Below, piece after piece: positions 44,827 to 53,488 of a stretch of 64,000 nt of DNA. Source of the stretch: Acutalibacteraceae bacterium (GTDB lineage: Bacteria; Bacillota; Clostridia; Oscillospirales; Acutalibacteraceae). Location: NCBI GenBank assembly GCA_045654545.1, contig JAZONO010000076.1, positions 2,683 to 66,682 of the forward strand. Reading direction: 5' to 3'. The translations under genes and the position numbers were made by a program. A model generated the notes under the pieces. That model saw only the letters and a program-made list of their open reading frames with translations. It searched no databases and had not been told where the DNA came from. The first letter of the stretch is position 1. Every line of letters begins with the position of its first letter.

Positions 44827-44864
44827 GATAATTAGGTTTGGATCGGTTCATTTTCGGCGCGAGA

Positions 44865-44901
44865 TAAAAAAAGAACGAAGCCTTCGCTTCGTTCTTTTTT
44901 T
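44865..44901. terminator. bidirectional intrinsic terminator
   Basis: Stem GAACGAAGC/GCTTCGTTC flanked by A8 and T7 runs, between convergent genes. Confidence 0.85.
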
Positions 44902-44925
44902 GTCCAATCCGCAACGAGTTGCCGG

Positions 44926-46245
44926 TTATACATTTTGGGCATCAAACGAGTCGTAAATGCCGACGGTGTCATCCACAATCACTTCGTCCAAGCAATACTT
45001 GCTGTGGGGAACAGGCTCTCTGTTCTGCCATTTGCCGTTCGTGAAATCGGGAACTTCCACCGGCGCACCGCCCTGTTTGATAGACATATCAGAAAGAAGT
45101 CCGATTGAAATCCAAGCGGCGGTATCATAGGTGTCGATCGGTGTGTTGACACCGTTTTTAACAGCATCAATAAACGCACGGAAGATCGTCCAGTCAACAC
45201 CGTCAGCGTGCAGACCGAAAGCCGGGTTGATTTTTGCGTTTTGCGGTTCTTTTTCCTGAACTTCTACTTGCAACGGATGCTCATATTTTTCATAAAATTC
45301 TTTCTCGTTATCGCGAATTTCCTCGGGCATACCGTCCAGATAGGCCACACGGGCGTCCTCAAAATACATACCCTTTGTACCGCGGACAGATAACTGTCTG
45401 GAATAGTATGGACGGGGAAGGGTCGTGTCAAGGGTCATAAGAATGGTTTCGCCACCTGCACAGGTAATCACGGTGTTAACGATATCCCCTTGCTTATAGT
45501 CGATGTTAGCATACTTATTATCTTCACCGAAGTGGTCTTTAGCATACTGCTTTAAGCCACGGCTCTTCGATGCAAAGGAACTCAAGGTGAGCATACGATT
45601 GCCGCGGTTAATGCCGATGCACTTCGCAATCGGGCCAAGTTCGTGAGTCGGATAGTTTTCACAGTTCTCGTCAATGTAGTGCTGCAGTCTGTAGTGGGTA
45701 ACCTCGTCCTTCTTTTCCGGTCCGACCATTTCCAAGAACAATTCGCAGTCGTTGAGGTAATGGCAATATCCACCCGAACAGTGAACAATTTCACCAAAAA
45801 GACCTTTTTTCACCATGTTAAGAGCCAGAAGCTCTCTTCTTCCGTAGCAGACGTTTTCCAACAGCATGCACGGAACACCGGTCTCTTCATAAATTTGAAC
45901 CAATTCAAAGCAATCGTCCAAGCTTTCCACACAGCCAACTTCAATAGCAGTGTACTTACCTGCTCTCATAAACTCCTTGGTCAACTGAATTCTGCCTTTC
46001 CACCAGGTGAACAGGAAAACGGCATCGATTTCAGGATTGTTTACAATGTCGCGGTAGTCGGTGGTGCAGATCGGCTCCTTGCGCCCCTTTTCTAACAAAT
46101 CCTGCTTAGCTTTTTCAAGGTTTTCGGGGAGAAGGTCGCAAATCATCTCGATTTCAACGTCATTCATGAGAGCAAGAGCTTTTCTGAGCATGCTACTTCC
46201 GCGTCTGCCGAGACCCACAAAGCCGACCTTAATCTTTTCTTTCAT
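44926..46245 (-). CDS. Gfo/Idh/MocA-family NAD-dependent oxidoreductase (GH109-like architecture)
   Basis: Rossmann N-terminus KVGFVGLGRRGS. MLLENVCYGRRELLALNMVKKGLFGEIVHCSGGYCH resembles the GH109/Gfo-Idh-MocA C-terminal domain. 439 aa with no signal peptide. Confidence 0.75.
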   Translation of the reverse strand: MKEKIKVGFVGLGRRGSSMLRKALALMNDVEIEMICDLLPENLEKAKQDLLEKGRKEPICTTDYRDIVNNPEIDAVFLFTWWKGRIQLTKEFMRAGKYTAIEVGCVESLDDCFELVQIYEETGVPCMLLENVCYGRRELLALNMVKKGLFGEIVHCSGGYCHYLNDCELFLEMVGPEKKDEVTHYRLQHYIDENCENYPTHELGPIAKCIGINRGNRMLTLSSFASKSRGLKQYAKDHFGEDNKYANIDYKQGDIVNTVITCAGGETILMTLDTTLPRPYYSRQLSVRGTKGMYFEDARVAYLDGMPEEIRDNEKEFYEKYEHPLQVEVQEKEPQNAKINPAFGLHADGVDWTIFRAFIDAVKNGVNTPIDTYDTAAWISIGLLSDMSIKQGGAPVEVPDFTNGKWQNREPVPHSKYCLDEVIVDDTVGIYDSFDAQNV

Positions 46246-46367
46246 AAAATATGCCTCCTTGACAAAAAAATATTTTGCTGTATACTTATATTAAACCGAG
46301 GAAAAACATATTTCAATGCAATTAAAGACCATCAATGTATGTTTTTAGACCATATAGGAGGTATACT

Positions 46368-47147
46368 TTGGGATTTACGATTAAAAATTATAAATCTGCT
46401 TTTACATTTGATTGGAACGAGGAATTTATCTTTAACGGAGAGGTTCATAATTTTTGGGAAATTGTTTTTATAGAAAGCGGAAAGGTGTATTCAACCGAAG
46501 AGGAGAAAATATATACGCTTGAAGAAAATCAAATGATTTTTCACGCACCGATGGAGTTTCACCGCATAAGAACGTCCGGACAAAACAGGGCACAGGGAAA
46601 AATAATCAGCTTTGAGGCAGTTGGGCCCCTGCCCGACACAGTAAAAAACGGAGTTTTTACATTGACCGAAGAGGAAAAAGAGGATTATCATTATACCTTT
46701 TTTAAAATATACGCTCTTTTTAGAAACGGCAACGCCACCGAGCTTGATTATTTAGAGGCGGAAAGCAGACTAAAGGCTTTTATAATAAGAATCAGCAGAG
46801 CAAAGGCAACCGAGAAAAAGCACAACTCCCCCTCGGCAACGGCCTATAATAAGGTTGCTTCGTTTATGGCTAATAATGTCACCCTCAATCTTTCGGTTGA
46901 TGAAATTGCGAGGCAAAATTTTATAAGTACAAGTTATTTAAAACACCTGTTTGCAAAATATGCGGGGATCTCTCCCAAAAAGCATCTGGCACACCTTCAA
47001 ATCCAAGCAGCAAACGAGCTGCTCGATAGCGGAAAGACGGTCGGCGAGGTGGCAGAAATGCTGAACTTTTCTTCTCCCAATTATTTCAGTACCTTTTACA
47101 AAAAGCAAACGGGAGAACCGCCGCTTAAATACATTTCAGAGAAGTAA
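46368..47147 (+). CDS. AraC-family transcriptional regulator
   Basis: A C-terminal double HTH (FISTSYLKHLFAKYAGISPKK...VAEMLNFSSPNYFSTFYKKQTGEPP) and a cupin-like N-terminus. TTG 46368 lies 6 nt after AGGAGG. The ORF opens at ATG 46335. Confidence 0.8.
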   Translation: MGFTIKNYKSAFTFDWNEEFIFNGEVHNFWEIVFIESGKVYSTEEEKIYTLEENQMIFHAPMEFHRIRTSGQNRAQGKIISFEAVGPLPDTVKNGVFTLTEEEKEDYHYTFFKIYALFRNGNATELDYLEAESRLKAFIIRISRAKATEKKHNSPSATAYNKVASFMANNVTLNLSVDEIARQNFISTSYLKHLFAKYAGISPKKHLAHLQIQAANELLDSGKTVGEVAEMLNFSSPNYFSTFYKKQTGEPPLKYISEK

Positions 47148-47188
47148 AAAGAAGATACACGATTTTTCAATCGTGTATCTTCTTTTTA
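47146..47188 (+). terminator. intrinsic terminator
   Basis: 12-bp stem GAAGATACACGA/TCGTGTATCTTC followed by TTTTT. Confidence 0.85.
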
Positions 47189-47197
47189 CTGTTTTTC

Positions 47198-47226
47198 TTG
47201 CACTTATATGTTCGATGTGATATAAT
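47198..47226 (+). promoter_or_regulatory. sigma-A-type promoter for the NSS transporter gene
   Basis: TTGCAC (47198..47203), a 17-nt spacer, then TATAAT (47221..47226). Confidence 0.55.
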
Positions 47227-47278
47227 GCAAAGGAAACTTGAAAGAAATGTTAAATTGTGGTTTGAGGAGATATAGGTT

Positions 47279-48679
47279 ATGCAACGTGAACGGTTGGGAA
47301 GCCGTCTCGGCTTCATTTTGCTCAGCGCCGGTTGTGCGATCGGCGTGGGGAACGTGTGGAAATTCCCGTGGATGGCAGGTCAGTACGGCGGTGGCGCGTT
47401 TGTGCTGGTCTATCTTTTCTTTTTGTTTACGCTGGGGTTGCCTGTCATGGTGATGGAGTTTTCGCTTGGTCGCGCCAGCCAAAGCAGTCCGGTGGCTTTG
47501 TATCAAAAGTTGGAAAAACCGGGGCAGAAATGGCATTGGCACGGCTATGCGGCGCTGGTGGCAAACTTCCTTTTGATGATGTTCTACACCTCGGTCACCG
47601 GCTGGATCTTTTACTACTTTGTCTCATTTCTCAAAGGCGATATGACGGGTATCACCAATGAAGCGTCCGCTGAGCTGTTTAATACGATGTTGGCAAGTCC
47701 GCTGATCACGGTCGGTTTTATGGCGCTGGTCGTGGTGCTCGGTTTCTTGATCCTCTCCTTCGGTTTACAAAAAGGTGTGGAGCGCATCACCAAATATATG
47801 ATGGTGGCGTGGCTGTTCCTTATGATCGTGCTGGCAGTGCACAGTTTCACGCTGGGCGGTGCGGCGGAAGGTCTCTCCTTCTATTTGAAACCGGATCTTC
47901 GCAAGATCAGCGGCAGTGTGATCGTCGGCGCCATGAACCAAGCATTTTTTACCTTGAGCCTCGGTATCGGCTCGATGGCGATCTTCGGCAGTTACATTGG
48001 CAAGGAACGCTCGCTGGCAGGGGAATCGGTCAACATTTTGTGTCTGGATACCTTTGTGGCGATTATGGCAGGTCTCATCATTTTCCCTGCGTGCTTCACC
48101 TTCGATGTGGAGCCGGGTGCCGGTCCGTCGCTTCTGTTTGTGGCGATGGCGAAGGTGTTTAACAATATGGCAGGCGGTCGCTGGTGGGGTTCGCTTTTCT
48201 TCCTGTTCATGGTGTTCGCAGCGTTTTCCACCATCATCGCCGTGTTCGAAAACATTTTGGCCTGCGTGCGTGAACTCACCGGTTGGGGACGTGCTAAGGC
48301 GTGTGCCATTTGCGGTGTGGCGGTGCTCGTGCTGTCGGTGCCGTGCGCACTTGGATTTAACCTGTGGTCGGATTTTGTGCCCTTTGCTTCGGGCAGCAGT
48401 GTGCTGGATCTGGAAGACTTCCTTGTCAGCAACTGTGCGTTGCCGCTTGGTGCTTTTTGCTATATCCTGTTCTGCGTCAGCAAAAAGGGTTGGGGTTTTG
48501 ACAATTTCTTAGCGGAAGCAAACACCGGTAAGGGTCTGAAACTCGGCCGTTGGATCCGTCCGTATGTGACATACGTGCTGCCGCTGATCATTGCGGCGGT
48601 GTTTGTGATCGGCATTGCCACATTCCCATTTGCCGACGGATTTACGGTGTGGGGTTGGATCAAAGGGTTGTTTTCGTAA
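47279..48679 (+). CDS. sodium-dependent transporter (neurotransmitter:sodium symporter family)
   Basis: GFILLSAGCAIGVGNVWKFPWMAGQYGGGAF is the NSS TM1 signature. About 11-12 TM segments. Confidence 0.9.
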   Translation: MQRERLGSRLGFILLSAGCAIGVGNVWKFPWMAGQYGGGAFVLVYLFFLFTLGLPVMVMEFSLGRASQSSPVALYQKLEKPGQKWHWHGYAALVANFLLMMFYTSVTGWIFYYFVSFLKGDMTGITNEASAELFNTMLASPLITVGFMALVVVLGFLILSFGLQKGVERITKYMMVAWLFLMIVLAVHSFTLGGAAEGLSFYLKPDLRKISGSVIVGAMNQAFFTLSLGIGSMAIFGSYIGKERSLAGESVNILCLDTFVAIMAGLIIFPACFTFDVEPGAGPSLLFVAMAKVFNNMAGGRWWGSLFFLFMVFAAFSTIIAVFENILACVRELTGWGRAKACAICGVAVLVLSVPCALGFNLWSDFVPFASGSSVLDLEDFLVSNCALPLGAFCYILFCVSKKGWGFDNFLAEANTGKGLKLGRWIRPYVTYVLPLIIAAVFVIGIATFPFADGFTVWGWIKGLFS

Positions 48680-48716
48680 CGGTTAAAGGTGTGAAAGGAT
48701 CCCCCCTCGTCCGCGG

Positions 48717-48887
48717 TTGTACATGGGCATCGGCACGGAAGATTTTCTCTATGAAAACACCCGTGGCCTCAAGAAAAAACTTGAAGAAAAGGGTTACGAT
48801 TTCACCTACCGTGAATCGCTCGGTGCCCACAACCGGGAGTTTTGGGACGAGTACATTCAGTACGTGTTGAAATGGATGTTTGCGTGA
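48717..48887 (+). pseudogene. C-terminal relic of an esterase-family (alpha/beta hydrolase) gene
   Basis: The frame beginning at 48720 reads YMGIGTEDFLYENTRGLKKKLEEKGYDFTYRESLGAHNREFWDEYIQYVLKWMFA-stop, resembling the last ~55 residues of the putative esterase family. No N-terminal part, SD or plausible start is present. Confidence 0.5.
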
Positions 48888-48988
48888 CAGGATCGTGGAT
48901 ACAGCCCTTTTTTGATGCAAAAACCTCTTTACAAACAAAGGAAAAGCGAGTATAATTGCAGTATATATTTTCTTTAGGAGTGATTCGC

Positions 48989-50923
48989 ATGGGTTACACC
49001 ATTGCACAAAAACTGATCGCCTCGCATTTGGTCAGCGGCGAAATGAAAGCCGGTGCCGAAATCGGCTTGCGTATTGACCAAACGCTCACGCAGGATGCCA
49101 CGGGCACGATGGCATATTTGGAGTTTGAAGCGATGGGCGTGCCGCGTGTTAAGACCGAACTGTCGGTGGCGTATATCGACCACAACACTTTGCAGACGGG
49201 TTTTGAAAACGCGGATGATCACCGTTACATCCAGTCGGTGTGCAAAAAGCACGGACTGTACTTCTCCCGTCCCGGCAACGCCATCTGCCATCAGGTGCAT
49301 CTGGAACGCTTCGGCATTCCGGGCAAAACGCTGATCGGTTCGGACAGCCACACCCCCACGGGCGGCGGTATCGGTATGCTCGCCTTCGGTGCAGGCGGCT
49401 TGGACGTCGCGGTGGCGATGGGCGGCGGCACCTATTACATCACCTATCCCAAGATGGTGCGTGTCAACTTAACGGGTGCGCTGAAACCCTGGGTGGCGGC
49501 AAAGGATATTATTCTGGAAGTGTTGCGCCGATTGTCGGTCAAGGGCGGTGTCGGTAAGATCATTGAATACGGCGGCGAGGGTGTCAAGACCTTGACCGTG
49601 CCCGAGCGCGCCACCATCACCAACATGGGTGCGGAACTGGGTGCTTCCACCTCGGTGTTCCCGTCGGACGACATCACCCGTGCATTTATGAAAGCACAGG
49701 GTCGTGAGGCGGATTGGGTGGAACTGTCGGCGGATGCGGATGCGGTGTACGATGAGATCGTGGAGATCGATCTGTCCGCGCTGGAACCGCTCGCGGCTTG
49801 CCCCCACTCACCCGATGCGGTGAAAAAGGTGTCCGAGATCGGCGAGATCAAGGTGGATCAGTGCTGTATCGGTTCGTGCACCAACTCCTCGCTTGCGGAT
49901 ATGCTGAAGGTGGCGGCGGTGCTGAAAGGGCGCACGGTGCATCCCGATGTGTCGCTTTCCATCGCCCCCGGTTCGAAGCAGGTGTATAATATGCTGGCAG
50001 AATGCGGTGCTCTGGCGGATATCATCGCCGCCGGTGCGCGTGTGCTGGAATGTGCGTGCGGTCCGTGCATCGGTATGGGCCAGTCTCCGAATTCGGGCGG
50101 CGTGTCCCTGCGCACCTTCAACCGCAACTTTGAAGGACGTTCCGGTACGGCGGACGGACAGGTATACCTCGTCAGCCCCGAAACGGCAGCGGTGTCCGCC
50201 ATCACGGGCGTGTTCACCGATCCGCGCAAAATGGGCGAAGCGCCCGTGATCGCGATGCCGGAACACTTCCTCATCAACGACAATATGATTCTCGCGCCAG
50301 CTCCCGTGGAGGAGATGGATACGGTGGAGATCTTGCGCGGCCCGAACATCAAACCGTTCCCTGCCACCGCGCCGTTGCAGGAAACCATCGAAGCGGATGT
50401 GATGCTGAAGGTGGAGGATAACATCACCACCGACCACATCATGCCTGCCGGTGCGAAGATTTTACCGTTGCGTTCCAACATCCCTGCGATTTCGGAGCAT
50501 TGCTTTGTGCGGTGCGATCCGGCATTCCCCGGCCGTTGTAAGGCGGCAGGTAGCGGTATCGTTGTGGGCGGCGCCAACTACGGTCAGGGCAGTTCGCGTG
50601 AACACGCGGCGCTGGCACCGCTCTATCTCGGTATTAAAGCGGTTATCGTGAAATCCTTTGCCCGTATTCACGTGGCAAACCTCATCAATGCCGGCATTCT
50701 GCCGCTCACCTTTAAAAACGAGGCGGATTACGACCGCATCTCGCTTGGCGACAAGTTGGTGTTGCCGGATGTGCGCCGTCGCATTCAAAACGGCGAAGCC
50801 GTGGTGTTGCGTAACGTTTCCACGGGTGAGGAGATCGAGCTGAACGCCGATTTCTCCGAACGCCAAGTGGCGATGTTGCTCGCAGGTGGTCTTTTGGATT
50901 ACACGCGTGAACAAAATAACTAA
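48989..50923 (+). CDS. aconitate hydratase
   Basis: IDQTLTQDATG, IGSDSHTPTGGG, CIGSCTNSS, CGPCIGMG and a swivel domain GANYGQGSSREHAA. ATG 48989 follows TAGGAGTG. Confidence 0.9.
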   Translation: MGYTIAQKLIASHLVSGEMKAGAEIGLRIDQTLTQDATGTMAYLEFEAMGVPRVKTELSVAYIDHNTLQTGFENADDHRYIQSVCKKHGLYFSRPGNAICHQVHLERFGIPGKTLIGSDSHTPTGGGIGMLAFGAGGLDVAVAMGGGTYYITYPKMVRVNLTGALKPWVAAKDIILEVLRRLSVKGGVGKIIEYGGEGVKTLTVPERATITNMGAELGASTSVFPSDDITRAFMKAQGREADWVELSADADAVYDEIVEIDLSALEPLAACPHSPDAVKKVSEIGEIKVDQCCIGSCTNSSLADMLKVAAVLKGRTVHPDVSLSIAPGSKQVYNMLAECGALADIIAAGARVLECACGPCIGMGQSPNSGGVSLRTFNRNFEGRSGTADGQVYLVSPETAAVSAITGVFTDPRKMGEAPVIAMPEHFLINDNMILAPAPVEEMDTVEILRGPNIKPFPATAPLQETIEADVMLKVEDNITTDHIMPAGAKILPLRSNIPAISEHCFVRCDPAFPGRCKAAGSGIVVGGANYGQGSSREHAALAPLYLGIKAVIVKSFARIHVANLINAGILPLTFKNEADYDRISLGDKLVLPDVRRRIQNGEAVVLRNVSTGEEIELNADFSERQVAMLLAGGLLDYTREQNN

Positions 50924-50965
50924 ACACAAAAAACCACCCATAGGGTGGTCATAGGGATAAAATTG

Positions 50966-51008
50966 GAGAGGATGTATTGTCAAAGATACATCCTCTCTGT
51001 TTGTTTTG
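50966..51008 (+). terminator. intrinsic terminator after the aconitase gene
   Basis: Stem GAGAGGATGTAT/ATACATCCTCTC followed by TGTTTGTTTTG. Confidence 0.75.
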
Positions 51009-51047
51009 TGAATATTCACACCACTTCGAAAGTGGCTGTGACCCTTG

Positions 51048-51178
51048 GCCCCCCCTTGTCAGGGGGGCTGTCAAAGCTGTAGGCTTTGACTGAGGGGTAG
51101 TGGAATAATGCAAACTCTCGATGAACTACCCCTCCGGATTCGCCCGTGGCGAATCCACCTCCCCTGACAAGGGGGGGC
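51048..51178. other. 131-nt palindromic element predicted to fold as a four-way junction (18-bp closing stem plus three hairpins)
   Basis: GCCCCCCCTTGTCAGGGG (51048..51065) is the exact reverse complement of 51161..51178. The inner hairpins are 51070..51090 (8 bp), 51092..51134 (10 bp) and 51136..51156 (9 bp), with junctions of 1-4 nt. Confidence 0.7.
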
Positions 51179-51232
51179 AGGGGAAGAACTCAATTCCCAA
51201 TCCCTAACCTTAACTTCCTTAAGGCTGTCTTT

Positions 51233-52087
51233 TTATCCTTTCACGGCACCGCCCGTGACACCTTCCACATAGAACCGTTGCATGCGCAAGAACAGAGCAG
51301 TGACGGGGATTGCCACCAACACCGATCCTGCACAGAACATGGTGAAATAGCGATAAATGTTTTCTTTGCTCACCATTTGATACAGCCCCAACGCCAGCGT
51401 GTAGTTTTGATAGTTGTCCTTCATGATTACGCTGACGAAAATGAAATCCGTCCACGGGATCATAAACGACGTGAGGGCGGTATAGGCGAGAATGGGTGCC
51501 GACATAGGCAAGGTGATGCGAAAAAAGATTTGGTGACGGGTCGCACCGTCCAGCGTGGCGGCTTCATCCAGCGAACGGGGAATGGTGTCGAAAAACCCTT
51601 TGGCGATGAAATAACTCATGCACGACCCTGCGGAGTATACCAAAATCAAGGCAATCAGCGATTGCGCCAAACCGATGATCTTCAATAAGTGATACACCGC
51701 GATCATGGTCATAAACCCCGGGAACATGCCGAGGATCAATCCGGCGTTCATAAATTTGCGCCGTGAGGGAAACCGCAGGCGGCTGAAGGTGTAACTCACC
51801 GCCAACACCAAAAACGTGCTGAGCAAGCAGGTGAACACCGCCACCGTCAACGTGTTGGCATACCATCGAGGATAGTTGAACAATGCCGTGTCGGTGAACA
51901 GACGGCGGTAATTGTCGAGCGTCCACGTTTTGGGCAACAGATAGGGGAGATAGGCACCGCTTTCACCCCGAAATGAGAGAATGACCAGATAGACGATGGG
52001 GAGGATCCACAGGATGCCAAGAAGCAACAGCACGAGCGAGATCAGGACGTTTACCGTGCGTTGTCGCGCGTAATAGCCGCTTTTCAT
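51233..52087 (-). CDS. carbohydrate ABC transporter permease (MalG-like)
   Basis: 284 aa with 6 TM segments and an EAA loop (SLDEAATLDGATRHQIFFRITLPM). Confidence 0.85.
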   Translation of the reverse strand: MKSGYYARQRTVNVLISLVLLLLGILWILPIVYLVILSFRGESGAYLPYLLPKTWTLDNYRRLFTDTALFNYPRWYANTLTVAVFTCLLSTFLVLAVSYTFSRLRFPSRRKFMNAGLILGMFPGFMTMIAVYHLLKIIGLAQSLIALILVYSAGSCMSYFIAKGFFDTIPRSLDEAATLDGATRHQIFFRITLPMSAPILAYTALTSFMIPWTDFIFVSVIMKDNYQNYTLALGLYQMVSKENIYRYFTMFCAGSVLVAIPVTALFLRMQRFYVEGVTGGAVKG

Positions 52088-53478
52088 TGGAACTGTTCCT
52101 CCTTTCGTGCCGACGAGGACGAATTGTACACAAGCAACGATAATCCTGCCGACACCAAAAAGACGATAATGCCGATGGCGGATGCCAAATTATAGTTTTG
52201 CTGATCCACCGTCTGTTTGTACAGCCACGTCACAAGCAGGTCGGTCTTGCCTGCTTGGTAATAGTCGAGCGACAGCGGACCGCCTCCCGTTAACAGATAG
52301 ATGACGTTGAAGTTGTTGAAGTTCCCCACAAACTGGGTGATGAGGTAGGGGGTGGTGACAAACAGCATATACGGCAAGGTGATACTGAAAAAGGCGCGGA
52401 TCGGCCCTGCACCGTCAATGCGGGCGCTTTCATACATATCTTCGGGAATGTTCATCAAAATGCCGCTGGTGATGAGGATGGTGTAGGGGATGCCGATCCA
52501 GATGTTGACCACGATCACCGTGATTTTGGCGAGTATGCCGTCGCTCAAAAACGGGATGGGTTGGGTGATCCATCCCAGTTGTTGCAACAACACGTTGATG
52601 CCGCCGCCCGTCCCTTCGGAGGAGAGCAGTTGCGACATAAGCAGCAGGGTGACAAACTGCGGCACCGCAATGGGAATGACGAACAAGGTGCGCCAAAGCC
52701 CTTTGTGGCGAATACCGCGTTTGTTAATGAGCAACGCCACCGCCATACCCAAAAGGTAGTTCAAAAAGGTGGCAAAGATCGCCCACACCACCGTCCACCC
52801 GAACAGACGAAAGAAGGTGGAGGAGGTTTGTCCGCTTCCCGAAAAAAGTGCGCGGAAATTGTCAAACCCCACCCAGGTGAACAGATTGCCGGGTGGCTGA
52901 TGCGCGCGGTCGAAATTGGTGAACGCGATCAGCACCATAAATATAAGCGGCAACACGGTGAACACAAACACCAACAAGAGCGGCGGCGTGAGCAACAAGA
53001 CGTGATACTTTTTGTCGGTCAAGGCACGGCAATCTTCGAAAAAGGTGGAAAGGAGTTCCCCTTTACACTTTTTCTCTTGCGCTTGCAGTGCGGCACGCAG
53101 GTTGCCGACATACAAACGCAAAAACAGAACGATTGCCACCAGCGTTACCACACCGAACAAGAGGATTGCCATGGAATCGTCGCCCGGTGTGATGCGATAA
53201 ATGCCCAGTTCGTCATCAAACACGCGGTGTTGTGTTTCGGTGCCGAGGGTGGGGAGTTTGGCTAAATACGGCCAACCGAACCCGAACAGATAAAGAAAGA
53301 ACAGGATTTGTGCGGCAAGATACAAAAGTCCGCGCCCGATCTGCCCGTGAAACAAACAGCCGCTTCCCATAAGGACAAAAGACAGACGGGTGAACGCATC
53401 ACCCCGTGCGGCGGCGATCAACACGCTGTGAAGCAATCCGTCGCGGTTCTTGTTATATCGCCGTTTGGCACGTATCAT
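52084..53478 (-). CDS. carbohydrate ABC transporter permease (MalF-like, extended N-terminus)
   Basis: 464 aa with an EAA loop (YESARIDGAGPIRAFFSITLPY). ATGA-type overlap with the downstream permease gene. Confidence 0.85.
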   Translation of the reverse strand: MIRAKRRYNKNRDGLLHSVLIAAARGDAFTRLSFVLMGSGCLFHGQIGRGLLYLAAQILFFLYLFGFGWPYLAKLPTLGTETQHRVFDDELGIYRITPGDDSMAILLFGVVTLVAIVLFLRLYVGNLRAALQAQEKKCKGELLSTFFEDCRALTDKKYHVLLLTPPLLLVFVFTVLPLIFMVLIAFTNFDRAHQPPGNLFTWVGFDNFRALFSGSGQTSSTFFRLFGWTVVWAIFATFLNYLLGMAVALLINKRGIRHKGLWRTLFVIPIAVPQFVTLLLMSQLLSSEGTGGGINVLLQQLGWITQPIPFLSDGILAKITVIVVNIWIGIPYTILITSGILMNIPEDMYESARIDGAGPIRAFFSITLPYMLFVTTPYLITQFVGNFNNFNVIYLLTGGGPLSLDYYQAGKTDLLVTWLYKQTVDQQNYNLASAIGIIVFLVSAGLSLLVYNSSSSARKEEQFQ

Positions 53479-53488
53479 GCGCTCACTC

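Noticed and set aside
43405-47195. Search for an integrase, transposase or tRNA-Thr 3'-end direct repeat delimiting the lower-GC island.
   Set aside because: None was found. The best distal match is TGATGCAAAAAC near 48915 against AGATGCTCCAAAAAAC of the tRNA end, which is too weak and is interrupted.
51146-51688. 180-aa plus-strand ORF beginning inside the cloverleaf-like element.
   Set aside because: Most of it is antisense to the MalG-like permease gene. The translation is Arg/Gly/His-rich with no motifs, and the N-terminal part is just the G/C-run palindrome translated.
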